NCBI RefSeq assembly: GCF_964218355.1
Contig: NZ_CAXPMC010000008.1
Span: forward strand, 44,726-108,725
DNA length: 64,000 nt
Direction: 5' to 3'
DNA from: Ferrovibrio sp.
Lineage (GTDB): Bacteria; Pseudomonadota; Alphaproteobacteria; Ferrovibrionales; Ferrovibrionaceae
The translations under genes were made by a program, and so were the position numbers. Positions 45,247 through 54,648 of this stretch are shown here, piece after piece. A model generated the notes under the pieces. The model was not told the origin of the DNA. It saw nothing but the letters and a program-made list of their open reading frames with translations, and did not search any database. The number at the start of each line of letters is the position of its first letter. Within the stretch, counting starts at the first letter, position 1.

Positions 45247-46638
45247 CTAACGACTGGCGCCGGCATCCGTCCGGCGGCGCGGCTCCGCGGCATCCACCAG
45301 TTCGAGGCCGAGATGCCGCAGCCCGTCGAGAATCGGGATGAAGCCATTCAGGCCGGTATTCATGCCCGGGCTGCGCCGGTCGGCAGCCCAGCCGAGCGCG
45401 GCGATGCCGACCACATTGCCATGCCGGTCGAGCAGCGGCCCGCCGCTGTTGCCGCCATGGATCGCCACATCGGCCTGGATGAAGTCCAGCCGGTCCGGCG
45501 GCATTGCCGGACGGACCGCACTGATGATGCCGCGCGTCACCGTCCACCCCAGCTCGGTGAAATGCGGGGCGCCAACGGCATAGACCTCCTCACCGACCTG
45601 CGCCGGCATTTCGCGGATCGGCAGCACCGGGTAGGCATTCCCGGGCAGCTTGATCACGGCAACGTCCCTGCGCCGGTCCCGCTGCAGCACCTCGCCGACC
45701 TCCACGCTGCCCGACAGATGGCGGACGCGCACAAACCGCTGTCCGCCGACAACATGATGATTGGTGATCAGCAAGCCATCCGGCCTGACAATGAAGCCGG
45801 AACCGTGGCCGGCTTCGCTGACCTCGACGAGCACCGTGGCCGCGCGAACCTGATCGGCATGGGCCGCGAAGGCCATTCGGAAATTTTCCTGTCGGGGAAT
45901 CTGCTGCATTTCCCGCTTGCCGTCAGCCTGCGGCGATACAGGTCCCGCCCCGCCGGAAACAAGCGCCCGGAGATCGGCATCGACTGCCAGCCTGTTGGCC
46001 GCATCGGCAAAAGCCTGGTGGATCAGAACGTCGTAGCCCCCGGCCAGCGGGTCGGAAATCTGGAACTTCCCTTCGATTTCCCTATGCAGGATCACCCTGC
46101 GCTGCAGCACGTCGTAGATTTGCCAGTTAACGGTAACCAGGACGGTCCCCGACAATGTCCCCAGCAGATGTCCGTACCAAGGGTCGATATGGCGGCACAG
46201 ATTGCCGCTGACCTTCACGATATTCGCGCCAACCAGATAATCGGCCGATTCCGGTTCTGCCTCCCGGAACAGCGTGTTGGGGTTGCTGGCCACCGGGTAG
46301 CCATGACCGCTGAATACGCGAAAGAAGATGTCGCCGTATGCCGTGGTGTTGAGCAGTTTCCGGTCGTCATCGTAGAGAAGTTTCGAGTCGTTGTAGCACC
46401 GCATTGGCTGCAGGTAAGCATCGCCGATGATGGCGCCACGCTGGATGCTGGTCTGCACCCGCCGGAAAGCGATCTTGCGGGCGCCCGGACCGGCCCAGTC
46501 CTGTTGCGGCTGGACCTGGGAACCATCCGGCCGGACGACAGCTTTGGCCTTGATGACGGGCGGGTTGACGGGCTGTTGGCCGGCACAAGCGGTGCAAACC
46601 AGGCCAAGCATGGCAGGAAACCAGAAGCGTCGAAGCAT
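45247..46638 (-). CDS. Lipoprotein with a C-terminal trypsin-like (S1) serine protease domain
   Basis: Lipobox-like VCTAC; GSGFIV, ITNHHVV (His), RDVAVIKL (Asp) and HGGNSGGPL (Ser); N-terminal ~250 aa unassigned. Confidence 0.85.
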   Translation of the reverse strand: MLRRFWFPAMLGLVCTACAGQQPVNPPVIKAKAVVRPDGSQVQPQQDWAGPGARKIAFRRVQTSIQRGAIIGDAYLQPMRCYNDSKLLYDDDRKLLNTTAYGDIFFRVFSGHGYPVASNPNTLFREAEPESADYLVGANIVKVSGNLCRHIDPWYGHLLGTLSGTVLVTVNWQIYDVLQRRVILHREIEGKFQISDPLAGGYDVLIHQAFADAANRLAVDADLRALVSGGAGPVSPQADGKREMQQIPRQENFRMAFAAHADQVRAATVLVEVSEAGHGSGFIVRPDGLLITNHHVVGGQRFVRVRHLSGSVEVGEVLQRDRRRDVAVIKLPGNAYPVLPIREMPAQVGEEVYAVGAPHFTELGWTVTRGIISAVRPAMPPDRLDFIQADVAIHGGNSGGPLLDRHGNVVGIAALGWAADRRSPGMNTGLNGFIPILDGLRHLGLELVDAAEPRRRTDAGASR

Positions 46639-46749
46639 CTCTTCCCCCTGGACGGCAATCTCGGCGGCAATCTACATGAATAAAGATGGAACAAAAAGAA
46701 AATAATAAATGAACATATTGGCGTATTCATGTCGCCCTTCCCGCGCGAC

Positions 46750-46780
46750 CCAGTGTCACGTTGTGCCAGTGTCACGTTGT
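46750..46780. repeat. 15-bp direct repeat with 16-bp period in the ABC exporter promoter
   Basis: CCAGTGTCACGTTGT at 46750-46764 and 46766-46780, just upstream of TTGTTT-N17-TATAAC. Confidence 0.8.
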
Positions 46781-46835
46781 TTACAGCGCGGACGGCCGGT
46801 ATAACCGGCCGGTCTTCCGTTCTGTCCGGGATCCG

Positions 46836-48620
46836 ATGTCCGCCGCCACCGATACCAAGCGCCCCGCCCTCGGCGCCCTGCGCCTCGTTTTCGGTTTTCT
46901 TGCTCCCCATCGCTGGATGGCGGTGGGCGCCGCTATTGCCCTGGTGGTGGCCGCCGGCGCCGTGCTCGGCATCGGCCAGGCGATCCGCCGCGTCATCGAT
47001 GTCGGCTTCGGCATGGGCAACGGCAGCTATCTCGACCTCTATTTCGCCGCGCTGTTCGGTGTCGTCGCCGTGCTGGCGGTGGCCACCTTCGCCCGCTTCT
47101 ACTGCGTGACCTGGCTGGGCGAGCGGGTGGTGGCCGATATCCGCAAGGCGGTCTACGGCCATGTGCTGCGGCTGAGCCCCACCTTCTTCGAAAGCACCCG
47201 CACCGGCGAGGTGCTGTCGCGCCTGACCACCGATACCGAGGTGATCCAGACCCTGGTCGGCTCGTCGGTCTCGGTGGCCCTGCGCAACCTGCTGCTGTTC
47301 TTCGGCAGTGCCGTGCTGCTGGTGATCACCTCGCCGCGCCTGACCCTGCTGGTGGCGCTGGTGATCCCGCTGGTGGTGCTGCCGATCGTGATCCTCGGCC
47401 GCCGCCTGCGCCGGCTGTCGCGGGAGAGCCAGGACCGCATCGCCGATCTCTCTGCCCAGGCGGGCGAAACCCTGAATGCCATCACCACCGTGCAGGCCTA
47501 TACCAGCGAAGCGCGCGAACAGGCGCAGTTCGCCGGCCGCGCGGAGAATGCCTTCATGACCGCGGTGCGCCGCACCCGGGCCCGGGCCTGGCTGACCGCG
47601 CTGGTGATGCTGCTGGTCTTCGGGGCGGTGAACACGGTGATGTGGATCGGTGGCAAGGCGGTCTTTGCCGGCGAGATGTCGGCCGGCGAACTCAGCGCCT
47701 TTGTCTTCTATGCGGTGATCGGTGCCTCGGCGGTCGGCGCCCTGTCGGAAATCTGGGGCGATGTGCAGCGCGCCGCCGGTGCCGCCGAACGGCTGATGCA
47801 GCTGCTGGCGACCGAGCCGGGCGTGCGCGCGCCGGCCGAGCCGCTGGCCCTGCCCGCCCGCCCGGCCGGCCGGCTCGAATTCGACGCCCTGCGCTTCCGC
47901 TATCCGGCCCGGCCGCAGACCCCGGCACTGGACGGCCTGAGCCTGCAGGTTGCCGCCGGCGAAACGGTGGCCATCGTCGGCCCGTCGGGTGCCGGCAAGA
48001 CCACGCTGTTCCAGCTGCTGCTGCGCTTCTACGACCCGGAAGCGGGCAGCATCCGCTTTGACGGCATCGCCATCGACCGCCTCGACCCGGTCGGCCTGCG
48101 CCGCCATATCGGCCTGGTGGCGCAGGACCCGGTGATCTTCGGCGCTTCGGTGGCCGACAATATCCGCTATGGACGGCCGGAGGCGAGCGATGCCGAGGTG
48201 CGGGAAGCCGCCGAGGCCGCGGCGGCCCATGGCTTCATCGAGGCCCTGCCGGAAGGCTACGGGACATATCTCGGCGAGCGCGGCGTCCGCCTGTCGGGCG
48301 GCCAGCGCCAGCGCATTGCCATTGCCCGCGCCCTGCTGCGCGATCCGCCGGTCCTGCTGCTGGACGAGGCGACCTCGTCGCTGGATGCCGAATCCGAACG
48401 CAAGGTGCAGGCCGCGCTGGAGCGCCTGATGGAAGGCCGCACCACGCTGGTGATCGCCCACCGGCTGGCCACCGTGCAGAAGGCCGACCGCATCGTGGTG
48501 ATGGATCACGGCCGCATCGTCGCCGCCGGCCGCCACGACAGCCTGATGGCGGAGAACGGACTCTATGCCCGCCTCGCCCGCCTGCAGTTCATGACCGGCA
48601 GCGCCGATGCCGCCGCGTAA
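46836..48620 (+). CDS. ABC exporter, fused TMD-NBD (MsbA/ABCB-like)
   Basis: GERVVADIRK, RTGEVLSRLTTDT, GPSGAGKTT, LSGGQRQR and LLLDEATSSLD; start trimmed to 46836. Confidence 0.95.
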   Translation: MSAATDTKRPALGALRLVFGFLAPHRWMAVGAAIALVVAAGAVLGIGQAIRRVIDVGFGMGNGSYLDLYFAALFGVVAVLAVATFARFYCVTWLGERVVADIRKAVYGHVLRLSPTFFESTRTGEVLSRLTTDTEVIQTLVGSSVSVALRNLLLFFGSAVLLVITSPRLTLLVALVIPLVVLPIVILGRRLRRLSRESQDRIADLSAQAGETLNAITTVQAYTSEAREQAQFAGRAENAFMTAVRRTRARAWLTALVMLLVFGAVNTVMWIGGKAVFAGEMSAGELSAFVFYAVIGASAVGALSEIWGDVQRAAGAAERLMQLLATEPGVRAPAEPLALPARPAGRLEFDALRFRYPARPQTPALDGLSLQVAAGETVAIVGPSGAGKTTLFQLLLRFYDPEAGSIRFDGIAIDRLDPVGLRRHIGLVAQDPVIFGASVADNIRYGRPEASDAEVREAAEAAAAHGFIEALPEGYGTYLGERGVRLSGGQRQRIAIARALLRDPPVLLLDEATSSLDAESERKVQAALERLMEGRTTLVIAHRLATVQKADRIVVMDHGRIVAAGRHDSLMAENGLYARLARLQFMTGSADAAA

Positions 48621-49722
48621 GTCGCGCAGCGGCACCGGCGGCAGCCGCCTCCTGCGCCTGTGGTGGCGGCTGTTTGCCGTCGCCGCGATCGCCTGGATCG
48701 GCTACACGGTCTGGAGCAGCGGCGCCTGGCGCAGCACCGATTCCTTCGCGGCCGGGCAATGCATCGCCATCGACGCGCCGCCGGGCCCCGAAGATATCGT
48801 GATGCTGCCCGATGGCAGCGGCGCCATCGTCTCCAGCCAGGACCGGCGCGACCGCGAGGCCCGCGGCGGCCTGTTCTTCTACGATCTGTCCGCTGCGCCC
48901 GGCCGTTTCCTGCCGCTGCCGGTGCCGCCTGCCCTGCCCTTCCATCCGCATGGCATCAGCCTGTTCCGCGCGGAAGACGGCCGCCTGTTCCTGCAGGTGA
49001 TCAACCATCGCAGCGCGGACCGCCACACCGTCGAGATTTTCATTCTCGATGGCGATGCCGCCGGCGGTTTCCGCCTGCATCACCGCGGCAGCGTCGCCAG
49101 CAGCCTGTTCGTGCATCCGAACGGCATCGCCGCTGCCGGGCCGGAAGCCTTCTACCTGACCAACGACCGCGGCAGCGGTCCGCGCTGGATGCATATGGTG
49201 GAAAACCTGCTGCAGCTGAGCCGGTCCACCGTGGTCTATCACGACGGCCGCGGCGTGCGCGAAGTTGCCCGCGACATCGCCTTTGCCAACGGCATCGCGC
49301 TGAGTGCCGATGGCGGCACATTGCTGGTCGGCTCGACCCTGTGGCGGATGATCCTGACCTATACCCGCGATCCGGCCAGCGGCGCGCTGTACCGCAGCGG
49401 CAGCCTGACGCTGCCCGGCGGCGTCGATAACATCCACCGCGACAATCTCGGCGATTTCTGGCTGACCGTGCATCCCAATGCCGCCGCCACCATCGGCCAT
49501 GCCGTCAATCCGGAAAAGACCGCGCCCAGCATGGCCCTGCGCATCAGCACCACCGGCGGCGCCCTCGCCCGGGTCGCCGAGGCCTTCGGCGATCCCGGCA
49601 CTGCCATTTCGGCAGCCAGCGTCGCCGTGCAGCAGAATGGCCGTCTGCTGATCGGCGCCGGGTTCAGCAGCCGGATGATGGATTGCCGGATCGAGGATGC
49701 CCGCCTGAAGCCGGTCGAGTGA
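48607..49722 (+). CDS. Paraoxonase/arylesterase-like six-bladed beta-propeller lactonase
   Basis: GPEDI, PHGISLF, VINH, PNGI...FYLTND, FANGI, VDNI and VHPN align in order with the PON1 catalytic motifs; N-terminal TM anchor. Confidence 0.8.
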   Translation: MPPRKSRSGTGGSRLLRLWWRLFAVAAIAWIGYTVWSSGAWRSTDSFAAGQCIAIDAPPGPEDIVMLPDGSGAIVSSQDRRDREARGGLFFYDLSAAPGRFLPLPVPPALPFHPHGISLFRAEDGRLFLQVINHRSADRHTVEIFILDGDAAGGFRLHHRGSVASSLFVHPNGIAAAGPEAFYLTNDRGSGPRWMHMVENLLQLSRSTVVYHDGRGVREVARDIAFANGIALSADGGTLLVGSTLWRMILTYTRDPASGALYRSGSLTLPGGVDNIHRDNLGDFWLTVHPNAAATIGHAVNPEKTAPSMALRISTTGGALARVAEAFGDPGTAISAASVAVQQNGRLLIGAGFSSRMMDCRIEDARLKPVE

Positions 49723-49737
49723 CGGCCGCCGCCGCGG

Positions 49738-50808
49738 TCAGCGTTCGGTCAGCTTCAGTTCGATGCGCCGGTTGCGGCGCAGCGCGATCTCGTCATTGCC
49801 GCTGTCGATCGGCTGGAATTCGCCGAAGCCGGTGGCAGCCAGCCGGTCGGCCGGAATGCCCTGGCTGGTCAGATATTTCACCACCGAGATCGCCCGCGCG
49901 GTCGACAATTCCCAGTTCGAGGGGAACTGCGCGGTGTTGATCGGCACCCGGTCGGTATGGCCATCCACCCGCAGCACCCAGGGCAGGTCGGTCGGGATCT
50001 TCGCCATCAGCTCGCTCAGCGTCCGCGCCAGCCGGCCGAGCTGTTCGCGTCCCTGTGGCTTCAGTTCGGCGGAGCCGGAATCGAACAGCACCTCGGACTG
50101 GAAGACGAAGCGGTCGCCGACGATCTGGACATCGCGGCGGTTGCCGATGATCTGGCGCAGCCGGCCGAAGAATTCCGAACGGTAGCTCTGCAGCTCGTCG
50201 ACCTTGCGGGCCAGGGCGGCATTGAGACGCTTGCCGAGATCGGCGATCTGCGCCTCGCTGGCCCTCTCCTTGGCCTCGCTTTCCTTGAGGATGCGGTCGA
50301 GTTCGGCCATCTGCTGACGCAGCGCGAGGATCTGCCGGTTCAGCAGGTCGACCTGGCTGCGCGCCTCGGCCGTCATCTTCCTTTCCTGCTCAAGCTGGGC
50401 GGCACCGGAAACCAGCTTGCCCTGCAGATCGACGATGATCTGCTGCCGGTCCTGCAGCCGCTTCTCGGCCTCGTCGGCGCGGGCCTGGGCATCGGCCAGC
50501 ACGGCGGCGAGCTGGTCGCGTTCCGCATTCGCCGACTGCAGGGTCGACTGCAGCTGGCCGACATCCAGGCGCAGCTGGGCGCTGGTGCGTTTTTCCAGCG
50601 CCAGCTGCTCGACCAGGCCGGCAATCTCGCCGCGCAGCTCGGCCAGTGCCTTGTCGCGCCCGGAAATCGCGTTGGCGAGGAAAAACTGCACCAGGATGAA
50701 CACCGCCAGGACGAAGACAATGACCATCAGCAGGGTCGACAGCACGTCGACATAACCGGGCCACGGGCCGGAGCCCTGTCCTTCGTTGCGGCGGCGGGCG
50801 AATGCCAC
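49738..50808 (-). CDS. MotB/OmpA-family peptidoglycan-binding protein with coiled-coil stalk
   Basis: WPGYVDVLSTLL TM segment with the conserved Asp, long heptad region, FQSEVLFDSGS, RVDGHTD, NWELSTARA and RNRRIE; GTG start 50808. Confidence 0.9.
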   Translation of the reverse strand: MAFARRRNEGQGSGPWPGYVDVLSTLLMVIVFVLAVFILVQFFLANAISGRDKALAELRGEIAGLVEQLALEKRTSAQLRLDVGQLQSTLQSANAERDQLAAVLADAQARADEAEKRLQDRQQIIVDLQGKLVSGAAQLEQERKMTAEARSQVDLLNRQILALRQQMAELDRILKESEAKERASEAQIADLGKRLNAALARKVDELQSYRSEFFGRLRQIIGNRRDVQIVGDRFVFQSEVLFDSGSAELKPQGREQLGRLARTLSELMAKIPTDLPWVLRVDGHTDRVPINTAQFPSNWELSTARAISVVKYLTSQGIPADRLAATGFGEFQPIDSGNDEIALRRNRRIELKLTER

Positions 50809-50830
50809 GGTCAGCTCCGCATCCCGGCGC

Positions 50831-51988
50831 TCACGAGCGCCGCTGGGTGTCGGCCATGGCGGCGATGGTGCGCGACAGCAGCTTGATTTCGGCGCGCATC
50901 TCGTCGACCAGTTTGGCGCGGCCCTGCGCTCCGTCGTCGAGCAGGCGGGCCAGCAGGATGTCCATGTTGCGCAGATGGCCGCGGCTGGCGGCATCGAAGC
51001 TGCCGCTTTCGGCGCCCTGTGCCAGCTTGGCCAGGATCGGCTTCATCTCGATCTGGTGTTCGGTCAGCTTCAGCAGCAGTCCCTGCTCGGCGCGCATCTG
51101 CTCGGTCAGCAGGCTCAGCTTCTCGTTCAGCTGCATCAGCGCGGCGCCGGTGGAATTGCGGCTGTCTTCGCCGCGCGCCATCGTGCGCTGCAGGTTGTCG
51201 AGGCTGTCGGCGGTCTGCTCGAGCAGGGCCTGCACATAGGCGGGCACCGACTGGTCGCCCTCGACCAGGCCGCCGCCGGTGACCCGGGTGAACCCGGCCA
51301 GCCATTCCTCGAGATCATTGTAGAAACGGTTCTGCGCCTGGCTGGCCTGCAGGTCGAGAAAGCCCAGAACCAGCGAACCGGCCAGACCCATCAGCGAGGT
51401 CGAGAAGGCGATGCCCATGCCGCTGAGCGGATGCTCCAGCCCGCCCTTCAGCTTTTCGAACAGGCCGTTGATGTCGTCGCTGCTGCTCAGCGACAGCGAG
51501 GCGATGGTATCGCTGACCGAACTGATCGTCTCGAGCAGGCCCCAGAAGGTGCCGAGCAGGCCGAGGAAGACCATCAGGCCGATCAGGTAGCGCGAGATGT
51601 CGCGCGCCTCGTCGAGGCGGGAGCCGACGGAATCGAGCAGGGCGCGGGTGGCCGCCGCCGACAGCGAGCCGCGCGGGCCGCGGTTCTCCAGCATCTTGGC
51701 CAGCGGTGCCAGCAGGTTCGACGGTTCGCCGACATTCGCGGCGGTGGCGCCATGCTGCGCCTTCTGCCAGTCCTCGACCCAGCGCGCCTCGCTGCCCAGC
51801 ATCAGGACCTGGCGGAAGGTGTAGAGAATGCCAAGCACGAGGACGGCAACGATCAGGCTGTTCAGCGCAGGATTGGCCATGAAGGCCCGCACCAGCGGCG
51901 CGTGCAGCACGCCCACCACCGCGCCCACGGCGATCAGGAAGACCACCATGCGAAACAGGAAACGGCCGGGCTTGGTCATGCGTTCCAT
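50831..51988 (-). CDS. MotA/TolQ/ExbB-family proton-channel protein
   Basis: YLIGLMVFLGLLGTFWGL, GMGIAFSTSLMGL and GSLVLGFLDLQ, followed by a ~130-aa helical tail. Confidence 0.88.
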   Translation of the reverse strand: MERMTKPGRFLFRMVVFLIAVGAVVGVLHAPLVRAFMANPALNSLIVAVLVLGILYTFRQVLMLGSEARWVEDWQKAQHGATAANVGEPSNLLAPLAKMLENRGPRGSLSAAATRALLDSVGSRLDEARDISRYLIGLMVFLGLLGTFWGLLETISSVSDTIASLSLSSSDDINGLFEKLKGGLEHPLSGMGIAFSTSLMGLAGSLVLGFLDLQASQAQNRFYNDLEEWLAGFTRVTGGGLVEGDQSVPAYVQALLEQTADSLDNLQRTMARGEDSRNSTGAALMQLNEKLSLLTEQMRAEQGLLLKLTEHQIEMKPILAKLAQGAESGSFDAASRGHLRNMDILLARLLDDGAQGRAKLVDEMRAEIKLLSRTIAAMADTQRRS

Positions 51989-52168
51989 CCTCCGGCTTCT
52001 GGCCTAAGCAGCGAATACGGCATTTTCACGGCGCCTGCCGGGCCGCACTGCCCGTGCGGGCGGCAGGACGAATCACCACACTGTTCCGGAAGCATCGCCC
52101 GGACCGGCAGGCAAGATCAACGGCGGAAGCCCCGGCTGCCAGCCGGCAACCGGATCGCGGGCGACGGC

Positions 52169-53239
52169 TCAGCGGCCGACCGGCGCGATTTCCACCCGGT
52201 CGGAGGGGCTGCCGTCGGTGGGCGTGCCGAGCGCACGGACATCGATGCGGGTGCTGCGGATGCCCTTGTCGATCAGGTAGGCGCGCACGGCGAGCGCACG
52301 GCTGAGCGACAGGCGGCGGGCGCCGCTGCCGCCATCGGTGCCGGTGCTGGCAGCATAGGCGCGGATCTGCACGCGATCCTCGGTGCCGGCAAGCTGCTGG
52401 GCGAGCGTGTCGAGCGCGGAGACATTGCCCTGCGGCAGCTCGGCCTGCTCGGCGGCAAACGGAATGCTGACGACGCCGCCCTGCATGCTGGGGGCCGGCG
52501 CGGGCTTCGGTGCCACCATGGCGCTCTGCTGGCTGGCCGGGTTGGCCGGGGCCGGCTTCGGCGCAGCCGGCGCGGCCGCCATCTGCTGCGGCGCCGGGTT
52601 CGCCACTGGGGCAGGGGCAGACGCAGCGGGAGCGGCCGGAGCCGCGGTGGGGGCCGCCGGGGCAGGAGCCGGAGCCGGGGTGGCAGCCGCCACGGCCGGC
52701 GGCGTGGTCGACATCGGCTGGCCGGCCGGTGCAGGCGGCTGGGCGACCGGCTGGGCCGGCGGTGCCGCCGTGGTGCCGGTCGCAGCCGGTGCCGCAGGGA
52801 GCGCCGGTTCGGCGGCCTTCGGCTTCGGCATCGCCATCTCGGTCTTCGGGGCCGGGGCCGGCTTTTTCACCGGAGCCGGTTCGGCCGGGGCCACGGCCAC
52901 GGCCGGGCTGCTCTCGCGGGCCGGGCGGCGGCGCTCGGCCGCGGCAGCGGACCGGCCGCCGGTCTCGCCCAGCAGCGGCCGCGGCGGCATCGCCTCGCCA
53001 GGCAGCGGCGGGCGGCCGGAAATGGCGGGGTAGCCGCCGGCCACGGCTCCGCGGCCGGCCGGGGCGGCATAGCCGTCAAGCTGGTTGAGGGCGTCGAGAT
53101 TGACCTGGACGCTGCCATTGCTCTGGCCGCCGATCACGGTCTGGGCCGCGGCGGGCATGGCCGCGACGGCACCGGCCAGCAGGCCGGCCGTCAGCAGCAC
53201 AAGGTGGGTCAGCGAAAACGCTTGCGGCCTGGCAGCCAT
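52169..53239 (-). CDS. OmpA-family exported protein with a long Pro/Ala-rich linker
   Basis: Signal peptide, PA-rich low-complexity middle, and C-terminal RVQIRAYA...ARRLSLSRALAVRAYLIDKGI...DRVEI. Confidence 0.85.
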   Translation of the reverse strand: MAARPQAFSLTHLVLLTAGLLAGAVAAMPAAAQTVIGGQSNGSVQVNLDALNQLDGYAAPAGRGAVAGGYPAISGRPPLPGEAMPPRPLLGETGGRSAAAAERRRPARESSPAVAVAPAEPAPVKKPAPAPKTEMAMPKPKAAEPALPAAPAATGTTAAPPAQPVAQPPAPAGQPMSTTPPAVAAATPAPAPAPAAPTAAPAAPAASAPAPVANPAPQQMAAAPAAPKPAPANPASQQSAMVAPKPAPAPSMQGGVVSIPFAAEQAELPQGNVSALDTLAQQLAGTEDRVQIRAYAASTGTDGGSGARRLSLSRALAVRAYLIDKGIRSTRIDVRALGTPTDGSPSDRVEIAPVGR

Positions 53240-53338
53240 GGAAGTTCCCCCGTTACGCGTCGGCGCTGCGAACGATAGCGGAGGCCGCCCGGCCCGACAA
53301 CCCGCCAAACAAGCGGATTGTCGGTCCGGTACAACCCA

Positions 53339-53733
53339 TTAGCTCTTCTTCTTCAGCAGGACGTGGGTCACTTCGGTGTATTTGTTGTCGGAGCCCGTGG
53401 CCGAATCAATGGCCCAGCCGATGCCGCCGCCCAGGATGAGGTTGCCGAAGGTCATGGCCGCCGCATCGGATTTCAGGTTCACCAGTTCGCTCTGGTACCC
53501 GTCCTTGGCGCAGGTCACTTCGATATCATGCTTGGTTTTTTCGACCCGGATCGCGCCGGGCGTGACCAGTTTGCCGATCTGGACCCCGTTGCGCATAAGT
53601 TTGCATTCGGCCCCGTCCGGGTCGCTGCTGAAGGTCAGCGTCTGGCTGCTGCCTTCGGTGATGGTGGAACAGCCGGCCAGCACTGCCAGCAGACCGGCAG
53701 ACCGGCAGTCGCAATCAATCTGCAGATTTTCAT
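53339..53733 (-). pseudogene. Lipoprotein gene frameshifted in its signal peptide by an 8-bp tandem duplication
   Basis: ATG 53733 (GGGGG SD) is out of frame with the LAGC... body; removing one ACCGGCAG copy (53693-53708) restores MKICRLIATAGLLAVLAGC-STITEG, 128 aa. Confidence 0.75.
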
Positions 53734-53816
53734 TTTTCCCCCATGGATTGAGCCTGCTTCCAGGCCCGGTAAATCTAATGGGGTCAAATCTGCCGGATCA
53801 ACACTTTCTGCGGGAA

Positions 53817-54605
53817 TTATTTTGCCAGCAATTTGCGCAGGGGGGTGTGCAGGGCATCATTGGCGGCAATGACGCCGCCGGTTTCCAGCATCCTGTCGCT
53901 GCCGGCCAGGTCGGTGACCAGGCCGCCGGCCTCGCGGACGATGACGATGCCGGCGGCAATATCCCAGGGCGACAGGCCCGCTTCCCAGAAACCGTCATAG
54001 CGGCCCGCCGCCACATAGGCGAGGTCGAGGGCCGCGGCGCCCATGCGGCGGATGCCGGCCACCTCGCCCATCACGCTGGAAATCTCCTTCAGGAAGGGGG
54101 CATGGCCCGGCTTGCCGTTGAAGGGGATGCCGGTGGCGAACAGCGCCTCGGGCAGCTGGCGGCGGGCGGAGACGCGCAGCCGGCGATCGTTCAGGAAGGC
54201 GCCGCCGCCCTTCTCGGCCCAGAACATCTCGTCGCGCACGACATCGAGGATGACGCCGGCAATCAGGTCGTCCTCGCGCTTCACGCCGATCGAGATGGCG
54301 AAATGCGGGATGCCGTGCAGGAAATTGGTGGTGCCGTCCAGCGGATCGATGATCCAGTAATGCTTGCCGTCCTTCGCCTCGATGCGGCCGCCCTCTTCCA
54401 TGACGAAGCCGAAATCGGGACGCAGCTTGGCCAGTTCCTGATGCAGGACCTTCTCCGCCTTGCGGTCGGCGGCGGACACGAAGTCGGACGGGCCCTTCTT
54501 CGAGACCTGGAGGTTCTCGACCTCGTTGAAGTCGCGGATCAGGCTGCGCTGCGCTTTGCGCGCCGCATTCGCCATCGCATTGATCAGGGCGGAACGGAGG
54601 GCCAT
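53817..54605 (-). CDS. suhB: Inositol monophosphatase family protein
   Basis: DFVSAAD, WIIDPLDGTTNFLHG, RRMGAAALDLAYVAAGRYDGFWE and PWDIAAG. Confidence 0.95.
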   Translation of the reverse strand: MALRSALINAMANAARKAQRSLIRDFNEVENLQVSKKGPSDFVSAADRKAEKVLHQELAKLRPDFGFVMEEGGRIEAKDGKHYWIIDPLDGTTNFLHGIPHFAISIGVKREDDLIAGVILDVVRDEMFWAEKGGGAFLNDRRLRVSARRQLPEALFATGIPFNGKPGHAPFLKEISSVMGEVAGIRRMGAAALDLAYVAAGRYDGFWEAGLSPWDIAAGIVIVREAGGLVTDLAGSDRMLETGGVIAANDALHTPLRKLLAK

Positions 54606-54648
54606 CGGATTATTGGTCTTTTAGGGGCGGGAAAGGCGGCGGACCCTA

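Noticed and set aside
49738-51988. Zorya (ZorA/ZorB) anti-phage system
   Set aside because: The architecture is similar, but there is no zorC/D/E partner, composition looks host-like, and the pair sits in the suhB-ABC-rpmE core neighbourhood. Kept only as an unassigned motor.
52500-52900. Repeat array or CRISPR-like periodicity
   Set aside because: This is Pro/Ala low-complexity coding sequence of the OmpA linker. No constant repeat with unique spacers was seen here or elsewhere in the window.
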